From: Raillietiella orientalis
Lineage: Eukaryota
Assembly (NCBI GenBank): GCA_036172245.1
Contig: JAYWIR010000019.1
Location: 124,001 to 188,000, forward strand
Length of the DNA: 64,000 nt
Direction: 5' to 3'
The translations under genes were made by a program, and so were the position numbers. How positions within the stretch are numbered: the stretch's first letter is position 1; each line of letters begins with the position of its first letter. Below are positions 24,444-36,700 of this stretch, one piece after another. Below the pieces are notes generated by a model, which made no database searches, had not been told where the DNA came from, and saw only the letters and a list, made by a program, of their open reading frames with translations.

Positions 24444-25059
24444 TTAGATGAGGGTGTGATGCTCGTGCCGTGTACATAAGTAATTGTCCGATCGCAGATT
24501 TTCGCTCCAGCGGTAGCATTGGGCGCACTTCGGGAAGGAATCAGTGGCGCAGGGCAGTGGCAACGACCAGTGGTACCGAGCGTATTGGTTCACTGTGTCA
24601 TCGTCATCATCTTCCAGGTTACTCGTGAGAAATTCCCAGTGCTGCGGGTCTCCTACAGCGAACCAGCGAAGCGACAGTGATATCAATCAAGATGCGGTTA
24701 CAGGAATAATATGGCAGTTACGAGCTTCGACGACGAGGATGGGAAAAAAGATCGGGGAGGACCGTGAACCAAAGATTAAAGCTTTGTTCTGTGTATTAGA
24801 GCAGTGTGTTTCGGTCACCGGGCAGCCCGGGCTTGCGATCATCAAGTTAGGCAAGAAAATCCTTGCCGGAGAGATTTGTCCTATGTAAATACCCTCCCCC
24901 CTCTCCCTTTCCGCGTCATTACATCTGAACGAAGGTCCTCCCCGTTATAGAGCCATCTATGAACTCATTACTGCACTATAGCAGAGTTGTGGGGTTACCT
25001 GCACGTCTGCCGTTCGTGTCTTCAAGGGTGTGAAGAAAGGAAAGCCTTTTTGCGCTCAT
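24444..25059 (-). CDS. Candidate small protein (89 aa) with acidic patch and C-x2-C-x13-C-x2-H motif
   Basis: Exons 25059-24999 (ATG...CAG|GTAAC) and 24652-24444 (TAG acceptor, TAA stop), phase 1-1: MSAKRLSFLHTLEDTNGRRAGDPQHWEFLTSNLEDDDDDTVNQYARYHWSLPLPCATDSFPKCAQCYRWSENLRSDNYLCTRHEHHTLI. No family recognised; the 5' structure is uncertain. Confidence 0.35.
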
Positions 25060-28000
25060 AGTTTTGCGACTGTGGCATGACCCGATTCGAGTACGAATCG
25101 TACGTCCGAGTGTGTGTGTACAGCGGGTGTGTTCCTGATCCTTTGTTTCCGTCGTGTCGAAGTGTCTTGCATTTTTTAAGGATGAACGCCTACGCCAGCT
25201 TGCCTCTTTCGCACGGATTTTTCGACTCGGCTCGTTACCTGGCCCTTCTTTCTTTATTCCCCCCCCCCCCTTTCCCCTCGGGGAGCTCCCTCCACGTTCT
25301 CTGGTGTCGGTGGCACACCGAATCCGAACCCAGAGGAACGCTGAAGAGGGACCCCGATGGAAGGAAAACCCGAAGAGCGACGGCGATGCCCGTTCGGCCG
25401 AACCTCTCTAAGGGCTTTTGCGGATTCGCAACCAGAGGGAGCCGTGCCCGAAAATTCACGGCCTGCTCCTCCGCGTGGTCGATACGGGGACCGGGAGTAG
25501 GGAAGGGAGGTCGAGGTGGCACCCATATGGAGGGACGCGCAGTTTGTCGCCATCAGGGCTCGCGCGCTGTGGAGTGCTTGGTGTTCCGCTCGTGGGGAAC
25601 TCTCCGCCCGGAGAGTAGGGGGAGGGGGGAGGTACACACACGCACACGCACAAACACACGAGGTTTGCCTGGTGGGTTTGTTCAGCTGCCGCCGCTCCCC
25701 TCGTCTTGGGTGTCATGGAAGCGGCGGAGAGAACCAGGCTTTTTTTTTCTTTTTTCTCGGGGGGGGGGGGGGTTGCCGTTCGGAACGCATTGTTGCGAAT
25801 CCGCTCCTCCTCCCCCAAACAGGCCTAGGCGACCCGCCGTTCGATCCCCTTTAGAAATAGGCCCTCGGAGTTATTTTAGGAATATTCTTCCCCCCAGCGT
25901 CCCCTCCTCCCCTATTTTTTTCCTTCGCAATTCGTCTTTAAAAATAAATTTGGATCGCGAAAACATCGAGGGGGGAGCTCTTTCCTTGCTGTTAGTCGCA
26001 GGCCGCACGTGCGTGACAATTTCGTGTCGATTGGGGGGGGCAGCTTTGCAGAGAGGGACGAGCTCGTTTCCGTGGTTGCGTTTTTCCTTTCCTATTTCCT
26101 CCTCCCCCTCTCTTTTTTTCTTTCTCCCCGAGAAGTTGCTGATCTCTAGAGAGTGGGAGGATAGGGAATTTTATACCGGGGCTCGAGTCGCTTCGGAGGA
26201 GAGGAGGGGGGGGGGTCGTACCTCTTGGAAGTAGCAGGTCTCCTCCCTTCGCGGTGGCAGACTCTCGATCAGGCGGACGTGGTTGAGGGAGGGAGGCAAT
26301 CGGTTTGACCACCCTCTTCCCCCTTTTTTTCCCAGCCTCACCTCGCGCGCGCATCGATCGAAGAGCAGCAGCGACACCTCGCTGTGGCGCGCGCGTTGCC
26401 AAGCTCCTCGAGCAGCCACATGTCGGCGGCGCTGGGCTCTCTGGGGAGAAGGGGAGCGAAAGGGGAGGGAGCGCACGTTGGAATTTTCTCATCCCTGTCT
26501 TTCTCTCCTGTTATCTTCCGAAACGGATGAGATCCGAGAGTTCGCAGGTTGCGCGTCTGCTCGCGAATGCGCATGACTCCCGTCCCCACCCATACTCAGC
26601 TCCATGGATTGCGTGTTGCCCCTCCCCCCCTTCCTTGCGGAGGTCTTCGCGCCGGACCTGCAGGTTCTCCGAAGACTCAGGTCGTGCCCGGGCCGGCGCA
26701 CTTCCTGCCTTTCTTACTGCTCATGCGCAGGTCTGGACCGCGACGCTCCCTCCGTCACGAGCTCGCCAGCCGGCGGTTTCTCTGTGTGTGGACGTCTTCG
26801 TTGCCGTGGGAAAAGAGCCGTCGAGGGAGAGCAGGAGCCCTCGTGCCCTTGTCCCACCCTCAGCCCCTCCCTGTCGTCGGAGCTGTATCTCCAAGGAAAC
26901 CCCCCGTTCGCAGGATGCGCCCGAAAGGGTAAGCCGTGGGGCAGCGAGCCACGGCTCACCCGTCGGTTCTCGTTGCCAACGAGAAAGCGCTTGTCGCGCC
27001 GGGATGACCCGGACTCGCGGGGGAGTTGCTGCTGCCCTGGACTCAAGCTGCCCGCTCGCGGCGACGGGAAACCGCTTCGTCGTCGTCATGGAAACCACAC
27101 TCCGCGCAGGACGAGCGACCTCAGGAAGGGTCAGGGCGGAGGTGTGTGGGACGTGTGGCAGGGAATGTGAGGGCTCACGTCCTCGCGGGCGTGTTTGGGA
27201 CTCTCCACCGAGGAGAAGAAAGAAGAGGAACGAAAAAAAAAAAAATGAGGATGTCGGAAGTGGGAGGAAGAAGGGTGGGAAAAGGACGTCCGTTCGTTCC
27301 CTGGAGCGTCTCCGGGCGAACGGTAGTGCGTGTGTCCGGTCTCAGCAGTCGAGGAACGAACGCGCTGTGAGTTCCTCCAACTGCTTGGTGCATGCCGCAG
27401 GCAATGCCCCGAGGGGGTGTCCAGGAGGAAGCCACCCAGGAGCTGGCGCGAGCGTCCCCCAGTCGGCGCGCCCCTCAGTCAGCTGCGAAAGGGTGAGGAC
27501 CCAGGACCCCCACGACCCTGCTGCAGTCCCCTCGGTAGAGGAGAGGTCAGGGGCCGACGCGGCAGCTGGCTACCCATGTGAACACTGTTCGCCCGCGCAG
27601 TAGACGAGCGTCGCCGTCGCTTCTGCTCCTGCTGCACTACGGCGGGTGACGTCATGCGAGGCGTCCTTCCGGTTCGTTGGAAGCGCGGATCAAGTTGAAG
27701 GACAAAAGGGGGGTTAATAATGAAGGGGGGCGGGACTATACCTCTTTTGGAGGGGGGGGGAGCATAAATCCTTGCTGCGTGCTCCGTTTCTCTCCTGGAC
27801 AACGGCCAGAGGATACTCGAGGTTCTTCCGCGAAATCTGCTTTCGACGGTTCCTCAGGAAAAGTAGGATTTTTCGAACGCTGAGAACGGGAATCCCGCAG
27901 CGCAAGCGCCCCTCTGCCCCCCCACCCCCCCTCCGCGTTCAAACAGTTCGCGCGCGCAAAGCGTTGCGGTACGCGATGTCGGGGTCTCCCATCGATTAGA

Positions 28001-31000
28001 CCGAAAACCTTGCGGGCAAAGCGCGGCCTTCCCTTTTTTCTTTTCCTGCCGCCCTCGATCCGGCTGCTCCACGGCTGCGTCCGGACGAGTCCCCTTCCCC
28101 CTTGCTCCGGCGCGTTTCCAGCATCATCGCCGTCTTCTGCGCCTTCGACGTCCGCCGAGCTTCACGCCTTCTGTCGTCTCCGTCTGCCCGCAGGCGCGCG
28201 CTCGCCGGTGTGCGCACGACGCGCACGACGCGCGCGCGCCTTTTCGGGTAAGCAGACGCGGGCAAGCAGACGGTAGGAACCGAGGACGAGGTCAATCGTA
28301 AGCCCTTCTCCTTCCCGCCCCTTCCTCCCCTAGCTCTCCCTTTCTCCCGGATCTATTGAGGTGTACCGCCGCTACCTCGCGGCACCCGTCCTTCGCAAAA
28401 GAATTTTTTTATATTGCGCTGTCGGAGAGCATCATCAATCGTGAGCCGCGACTACGATCACCAGCATCCCGTGCGTTCGTTCTCCCGCGTCGCCACGGTC
28501 GTAAATTTCGACTGGAACGATTTTTTAAACGGAGACCCTCCGACCGTCGTCGACTCGCGCTGTGGCAGGGGCGCCGGGTGCGTCCCCGCGCTCCAGCCTG
28601 GGGATATGTCCCCCCTCCCTCCTCAGTGGAAATGAAGGTCTGTGGAGGAACTGATGGGTATGGGTTGGGAGGGTGGGGATGGCCTAGGCTCGCGTGCCCA
28701 GGCTTTTTGCTTTTTCACTTCGATCCTTCGTCGAGGAGTTCCCTCTCCGGGGGGGGGGGGCTCTTCCGACGTGCGTCCTCCGTCTCCGCGTCGCCCACCG
28801 TTTCCCCGGCGACGCGCTCTCGGGAGTGGAGGACGGCCCCCTTGCAAGGAGGCAGAGTGCGCTCCTTGCCGACCGTGGCACCTGACCGGTTCTTCCGTCT
28901 CTTCGCTGCTGCTGCCGGAGGCAGGATCCCCACGAGATGCGAGCGCAGCTCTGTCATCGAGCGCTCTGCGTGTGCACAGCGTTTGGGGGCGGCCCTCGCG
29001 ATCGTTTCGCGGTAGACACGCCCGCAGAAGTGGCGTCCCTTTGCGTGCCTCCTCATCGGGAAACTCTGGAGCTGAAACGACGCCAAGGAAGAGCTTCTGA
29101 GGTTCGGCTTAAAGGGGAACGGAGGCAGTCTGCTTGATGGGAGCAAGAGGAATCAAAAGCCACGAATAAATGGGGTGCTTATTAAGTGGCCTGCGAAATT
29201 GTTATCCCCATTTCCTCTTTTCTTCTCTCTGATGCGTTTCGGGCATTATTCAAATTTAATGACAAGCGTGATAAATCTTAAAATGTCGACTCCGCGGGCT
29301 ACCTCAGGAACACATCCCGGAGTTCCTTCGGGTTTGCCCTCCTAATCGCTCCAATGGGGAATTTCGAAGAGCAGGGAGGGAGGGTGGGGGGGGGGGGATC
29401 CTGCGAATTTATCAGCAGCACTCTCGAACTCTTCTGGAGGAACGGCAGCAGTCCGGGAGGAGAGGTATGCGAACCGCAAGATTTTTATGCTTCGACTAAC
29501 AAATGAGGTCGTAAATTACGGCGGAAAAAATATATGGACGAGTCACGTGACGTTTCGTCACGCTTTCTTATCCTTGCCTTAAATAAGTGCCATCCCTGTG
29601 CGCGTCCCTGATTTATCGGCGTCTTGCGGAAGGAGGAGGAGGTGAAGGAGGAAGGAGGAAGGAACGGTCTCTTCGTCTTCCATTTTTCCTCGTTTGTACA
29701 CGTCGATCCTCCGCCGCCATTTTTTCTTTTTTTCTTTTTTTTTTTTCTGGAGGAAGCGCGAGACTTCGATTTCTGCTCCGAACGTCATAGTCGCTCCAGT
29801 CGTTTTCGTCCTGGAGCGGAGATGCAGTGCATTCGATGCCTGTCAATCGGTCTCGGGGAAACGCGAGGAATCTGGATTCCTTCTCCGCGGCGAGTGAGCG
29901 TCCTGTCTGCAGCAACGCGAGGAGAGCGAGGAGGAGCAGCCGTGTAGAGGAGCCGCTCTCTCTAGGAGGAGACGACGGCGGTCCACAGCATCAGGAGCAG
30001 CCTCCACGCATCGTCGAAGCGCTCAGCATCGGGTAGGGAGGAAGAGCCGGTGGAGAAGGCATGGTGCGGGAGTCGAATGCAACTTCCCCTACGTCATTCG
30101 CGCGCGTCGCATGCATTGTTGCTCGTTTCCTTGGATACGGCGACGTGCTTTGAGCTCTTGAGGAGACAGGCATTCGCTTCCTCAGGCCAGAAAGGAAGGC
30201 GAGGGAAGGGGGTGCAAATACGGAAGGGAGCGCAAGCATGGGAGAGAAAGCAAAGCGCGGCGCCGAAGTGATTCGGCGTGGAGACGCGGTAGCCCCCCGT
30301 GACGAGGAGAGCGTGGCAGTGAGCTGGAAGAGACGTTGCATCCCTCCGGGAGCTCTTTTCCCGGCACTCCTGCTCCGTGCTTTCTCCCGTGCGTCCATCG
30401 GCACTCTCCTCCCACCTGACCATGTTCGGCTTGGAACTCGTGTGGTACAGCCTGGAAGCCGGCGGTGCGGCGGCCGGAGTCCCGAGGGCGCTGCAGTCTT
30501 CCTGCCGGAGCCGCGCTACCGTGCGTTCCCGCGGAGAGCTGCCCGTTCCCAGAGGGAGCGCCTTGTGACTCGGGGACCGAGTTCCCCGGTGTGCATCGGA
30601 GCGCGAGGGCGGAAGGCGCCTGAGACCTTGGAGACGCCACGACGGAGCCTCCGAAGCGGGCGCCCCGCCCAGGCGCGCATCTGCCGCCACTGCTCCGGGG
30701 CGGCCAGCTTCGCCCGCCCGGAGCGTCCGTTCCATTCTTCCCCTCAAAGATCCTCTGTCAGGCGGACCGATCTCCCTATCTCCGGCCGCGGGGCCCAGTC
30801 GCGCGGCCCCTTCCGCAGAGCCTAGGGATCGCCTTCGCAGGCGCTCCGTGGCAAGAGCTGTGAGGATGCAACTTCCCTCTCTCTCCTGCTAGAGACGAAA
30901 GGTTCTCTGCTGCATCTCTGCTTTATCCTCCTAGGACGTGCAGGTTTTCCCTTTCTCCGCCTCGCGCTTCGGACCCAAACTGAGAAGCACCACGTGCCCG

Positions 31001-31764
31001 CGGACCCATTCGTCCCCGGAGGACGTACACGAGGGCGCTGCTTGCTCGCCTCTTCGGTTCCGTCGCCGGAGCAACGGTCACCCCCCTTGAGGGTCTCTGC
31101 GGAACGAACGCGCGACCGCAGGGTAGGTTTCCCCGAGCTTTTCCTGATTTTCGTGGGTGCACGCGTGCACCACGAAAATCAACCTGATATTCCTCCTCCT
31201 CACCACCACTATCACCATCATCCATTCCTCCGTCTCCTGCTCATCATCATCATCGTCATCGACGCCACGATGATGGAGTTCCCCCTGCATTTGCACCGCC
31301 GTCCAGTCCTCCGATTTGCCTCTCTACCCTCTTCGGTCCACCCGCCTGCGCCCTCTTAGTTCCTCTCGCGCGTGCTGCCCGCCCACCGCCTCTCGAAGGC
31401 AAGCAGCGGGGCGCGCGCCGCCCGCATCGATCCGCCGCCGGGGAACCCCGCCAGCAGCTGCGTCCGTCCAGCCTCGCCACGGGAAGCCGCGGCGTCGCAG
31501 GGAGGGAGGGCAGCCACGAGCGGCAGGCAGGAGGCTTTCCCCGTTCCCTCTGTCCCGCGGTCCTGGGTGCACCGCGGCGGTGCGCGGCGAGGTGACGGCG
31601 CCCCCGGCTCGGCTTTATCCCCTTCCTCCTCCTCCGCCCCGCTCCCCCCCTTTTTTTTTGTTTCCCCCCTCCCGTTTGCTCACTCTTGAATGAGGAAATC
31701 CCCCGTGAGGCGCGCGCGCGATCGATCGCAGTGCCGGGGACGATCGAGAGAAGCCGGCACGTGG

Positions 31765-31784
31765 CGCGCGCGCGCGCGCGCGCG
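31765..31784. repeat. (CG)10 microsatellite
   Basis: Perfect CG dinucleotide run. Confidence 0.9.
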
Positions 31785-32296
31785 GGCAGTGACCCCTCGC
31801 GCGTTGGGAAGGGCGCGGTCCCTCCCGCCCCGCTGCAGCTGGGGCGGCTTCCACCCATCCACGCTTTCTCCTCTCACTCGTCTGTCGGCGGAGGCGCGCG
31901 ACGCTGCTGGTTTCCCCGCCGGCCGCCAGGAGACACGGCGGCGCGTCTACCGTCGGTCATAGACGCCGTTCGGCACCGTATCCCGTTGCTCTCGGAATCT
32001 TCACGGTTGGGGGATCCTGGCCTCGTCCCTCCCCCAACCCTCCCCTTCTCCTCCTCCTCCCGAACAAACCATTCCGGCTATGCTTTCCATGTGCCGGGAG
32101 AGGCCGGACTCTGACCTATCGACTTTCGACGTTGCCCTCGAGGTTTTCCTCCTTCCGTCGCCTCCTTGGTCCAGATGTCGGCATCTCCAGCTCACAGATC
32201 GGGTCGTCTTCCAGAAAGGAGGTCGTGCGCCATGGAGGCGCGATTCTCGCGTCCATCCCTCCACCTCTTCCTCTCTCCCCCTCCTCCTGCTCACGA

Positions 32297-32830
32297 TCAC
32301 CACCGGTACCACCAACATGGTCACTGCCAGCCAATACCAGCAGTGCATTCAGCGTCTCCACAACTGCCATCTCCACCTTGAGAGCCACCATCATTACCAA
32401 CACCGATATAACCGCTACCATCTCTAGAGCCACCGCTGCCACTATTAACATTACAACCACCACCAGTAACATTACCATCGTCACCACCAGTGCCACCAGG
32501 ACCACCCTCAGCACTACCACCACCAGTGCCACCACTATCGTCATCATCAGGACCCACCCTCAACACTACCATCACCACCCTCGTTACCACCAAGACCACC
32601 CTCAGCACTACCACCATCACCAGTGCCATCACCAATACCGTCGCCATTGCCTCCCGCGCCACCACTGCCACTATTACCACCACAATCATGACTTAAACCA
32701 CCCTCAGCACCATTACTACCATCGTCACCAATTCCAGGGTTACTACCACCATCACCTGTTGCCATCACCATTGATAATACCACCAACACGACCAACGCCA
32801 TCGTCACCAGCACCAGCGCGACCACCCCCC
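32297..32830. repeat. Degenerate (ACC/CAT)n repeat with higher-order ACCACCCTCAGCACTACCA units
   Basis: Unit recurs near 32500, 32551, 32594 and 32696. Confidence 0.85.
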
Positions 32831-33663
32831 ATCCTTTCCTTCAGTCCCTGCCCCCGTTTCCCTTTGCCTCCTCCCCGTCGTCGTTGCCATGACGATCATG
32901 GCCATCCGTCCACTCCTCGCTGCTGGAGCTGGAGGCGTTCGAACCCGAGTAGACTTCGCTGCCGCGACCTGCCGCCGGCTCGAGTGCACCCTCCGCCGGT
33001 TCCCCGCCCTCCTTGCCGGACGGCCGCTGCTCCTCCTTCGCTGCTGCTCCCACTGCCCTACAAGTGCTCCCTCGCGGGGGAGGGAGAAGAGGGTGGGAGG
33101 AGCAGCACCCGTCACGGCGGTCCAGGGCCGAGGGGTGCCTCTGGCGGGGCGCGTCCATGCGCCGCTCGATGGCGGCGGCGGCACGTTCTGTTCCGGCGGG
33201 AGGTTCCGCCTGCCCTCGTTCCCACGCATCCCGTGCTCCCCCGCCAGTCTCCCTGTGGACCCGTTCAGGAAGCGCTCCGAAAGGCGCCCGAACCTTCCCA
33301 GCGATGCGCATCCGCCCTCCGGAATCGGTTCGCCGGGGCGGCCGGACGTGCGCGCCGCGTCCTTCCGCCTCGTGTTCGACTGCTGTGGCTTCTGTCCGGT
33401 GCAGCGCGTGCCCCCCCCCCCGGCTCGCGCGCGGACGATGGCGGTGGCAGCGGCGGAAAAGAGGGGAGGGAGGAAGGGGGCGGGGGGTGGCGAGGCAGGC
33501 GCAGCCGCGTGAGGCCCACAACGCCTGGCCGGACTCGGGAGGGAAGTCGCCTCGTCTGCGTCGCCCCTTTTTCCTCCTCCCCCTTCCCTCCTCCGTCCTC
33601 CCGCGGCGGCTCTTCGGCTCGCGCGGAGGAACCTCCCACTAATCTCGCTGTCTTCGCCCGCAG

Positions 33664-33783
33664 GTGAATGCCATGCCGAGGGGTCTCCCGATGCTGCTGC
33701 TCTGGGGCATCCTTCGCCGGTATCCACACAAGGTCAAGTCCACGTTGCAGCTCGCCGCCATGCTTTGCTGCGGTAGGAAGAAG
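33664..33783 (+). CDS. RhoGAP100F: RhoGAP100F/Syd-1 first coding exon (MLCCGRKK at 33760-33783)
   Basis: Branch-point-like CTAAT, pyrimidine tract and CAG acceptor ending at 33663; strong Kozak gccgccATG at 33760; AAG|GTAAGA donor in phase 0 with the exon at 51602; MLCCGR(K/R)K recalled as the N-terminus of arthropod RhoGAP100F proteins. Confidence 0.75.
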
Positions 33784-36700
33784 GTAAGACGGGGACGTCG
33801 GCCCCTTCCCTCTCCCTCCCGGAGGCGCGCCTTCTCCCCGATCAGCTTCTCGAAGGTGAACCTCCCCCCTTCGCACCCTTCGGTGAAATGACGTCACCAG
33901 CGCGCAGCATTGTCGCTGGAAAAAGAACAAACCAAACGAGCGGAGCGAAGCGTGACGTGTGCTCTTTCAAGTCCTCCGGCATCTCGTTGTCAAGGATGCA
34001 CCCTCTCGCGGTAGGAAGGCCACCGCGGCCCGCCTCTCTGAGGGCGGCACCTCGAGGAAGTTCCTCCTCCTCGGAAGCTGCCCGCCGCTGCGCGCCATCC
34101 CCCTCTTGCGGTCGCGGCGAACTCCCCAGTGACAGAGGGGGCGGCTGGGGCAGGCCGGGCGAGCCGGTAGCATCTGGCCGAACTCTCGGGCGTCCCTCGC
34201 AAGCTGGCGCGGATCCGGCGACGAATTCAGCTCGGGGTACATCCTTTCGACCCGACGGCGGCGACTCCGCCCCCGGGGCGCAGGTGGCAGGGCGGAGCCA
34301 TCCTTGTTGCTTTCTTCTGTGCTTCTCGTGCGTCGGCCTCCCCGTCTGGACGACGGCTCCCCGCTAGGCGACGAGATTAGCGGGACCACTGGAGTCCGTT
34401 TCCCTGGGCAACGGGTCCTCTCTTTCTCCCGGCGGATCGCCGGGGTGCCGACCGGTTGCGTCTCCCTCAGTCTTGCGCCTCCAGGGATCGCTCGGCACCT
34501 CCGTCCGCGAGCTCTGACCGGGAGGCAACGCAGGCGCGCGAACCCAAAGCGGGACGATCCTCAGGTATTCCCCTCCCAGCGTGGGCGCGGGCTCTTCCTC
34601 CCTCCCTCGGGCGGACCCCAGAGCGGTCCTGGCTCTGCAACTGCTGCGTCGCGTGGGCAGGAAGGGACAGTCGAAACTTTTTCCCTCTTCTATGCTGGTT
34701 AATAGGAATATTAATTCACAGAAATGTATATCCATATATTTTTTTCCCGTATTAATTAAGCGTGTAATCAAAGATGCATAAATACTTGAATTCCAGTGAA
34801 TATTCATCAAAAATGGTTATTAAGATATATTGTGAAATGCAGACGTTATTTAATCAACCGCTGCGGGTTCTTCTTTTTTTTCCCAAGATGGACACCGGAA
34901 GGTAATCGAAAATTCTTCGTTCATTTCCAGTGCCCAGTCGGTGTGCTTTAAATTGTATGAACGTAAATTTAATTTCACCTGCTTCTGTCGCGTGCAGTTT
35001 ATGAAATGTAAGCTGCAAAAACATTCGATTCCATTTGAAATTTATCGAAAGTAATCGTGCAGGCATGTTGTGGAATGTAGGCTTTAATTAATCGATGATT
35101 GCGAGCCTTTCCAAGATGGACGCCGGATCGAAAATTTCTTTCTGCTCCCTTCAAGTGTTTCTTCTGCATTTTCACACCGCGTAAATATTTAATTTTACTC
35201 ATTATTTTATTTTATTCAGTTTACTCATTATCTTACTCAATGATTTTACTTTGGAATGTCATGCAAAATTCTCGGTCGATATATAATATGCATCATGGTA
35301 ACAATGATGCATATTATATATACATCCATACTGATATGGTTACTATGTATATATGTATTAATATCAATCATTCAATATGGTAACAATATTCATCATATTA
35401 TTTATGCATACACGCACACACACACACTCATATATATATGATTGTTTATATGAAACACAGTCGTTTGAGCATTATGCATTAATTTGTAGCGCGAAATCTA
35501 ATCTGCAAGAAGAACATCTTCGAGGCGGAGTGGAAGGTGTGCTCTCTGATTTGTGAGCTGAACAAATGTTTGGGGTGTGAATGAACACCATACGTTTGCG
35601 GTACAGGAAAGCTGAATTCCAAAAGGGGAGTCATTTCTTGGAATAGCTGAAAATCAACGGAGGCGAGAAAACCCAGGTTCTTTCGGTCCTTTTTTTTTTT
35701 TTTTTTTCGAACACGTGCACCTTCGCGCAAAGCGGAATCGTACGATTCGGGAACTGAAGGGGGGGGCAGTCGCTCACCCGCTGGACCTCCCGTGCGTTCC
35801 GCGTCGCCACCCGAGTCGGGTCTGCCTCCGACCTTCGCCGCCCGAGGGACCTTCGTCCGTCGGGCGTGAAGAGAAGATCGTCCGCACGTCGGCGGGCTGC
35901 GGTGTTTGCCCGAGTGGCCCTTTCGGCTCGGGGATGCCTTCCTTCCCGATCGCCCGAAGGTGCGTCATCGACAGAGTGCACTCTGTCGATGCCCCCCCCC
36001 CCTTCTTTGTGAGTTCAGATTGATTTTTCTCCCGCTGTATCTTCGCTTCCTGCGTCCCCACTCGGGATCGCCATTCGGTCCCGTTTTGTTTTTCCAGCCG
36101 CTCCTCGACCGTCGCCTTGCTTATCCCATTGGCCGGTGTCTCCTCCCTCGTTCCCGTCCCGGAAAGATAAATCCCGTCGTCACTGATTGCAGGGTAGCCA
36201 GGCAGGAAGGCCTGCTCCTCCGAAGACGCCAAGGAGAGCGGCGGCCTTTCCTGCACCGCTCCCGTCGAGTGGGTTTCGCCGCCGCCGTGATCAGCAGCGT
36301 CCGCCATCTTCGGACACGATAATCGCGCAACGCGCGCGTCTTCTTCCGGCTCCCCGCGCAAAAGGGGTCCCCGGGAGCGTGCGTTCGTGAAAACGCACGT
36401 GCACACGAGCACGTGGGAGAGTGCGTGTACATGTGTACGCGCATGAATACAAATACGTATGCATATGCACGTGTTTTGTGACCTCATTACAAAAGCGCAC
36501 CGGAGCACGTGTGTACTTGCGTATGCGTACATGATGTGCATTTGTGTACACGTGTGCGACAACCCGTGTACGTGCAGATGCACTTGAGCATGTATGCGTG
36601 GCGTGCACGTAAATGTGCACGTACGTGTGGAAAGGTGGGAACACAACTGACCGAGACGCAGCCGGTGAGGACACTGAAGGGTTGGGAGTAGGGGCCGAAG

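Noticed and set aside
32132..33667. 511-aa Thr/His/Pro-rich ORF (mucin-like)
   Set aside because: Produced by a degenerate (ACC)n repeat and GC-rich sequence; open in several frames on both strands; no signal peptide
35774..36307. Minus-strand ORF starting AAGATGGCGG (MADAADH..., 177 aa)
   Set aside because: No homology, no codon bias, runs through homopolymer tracts; cannot be supported without RNA data
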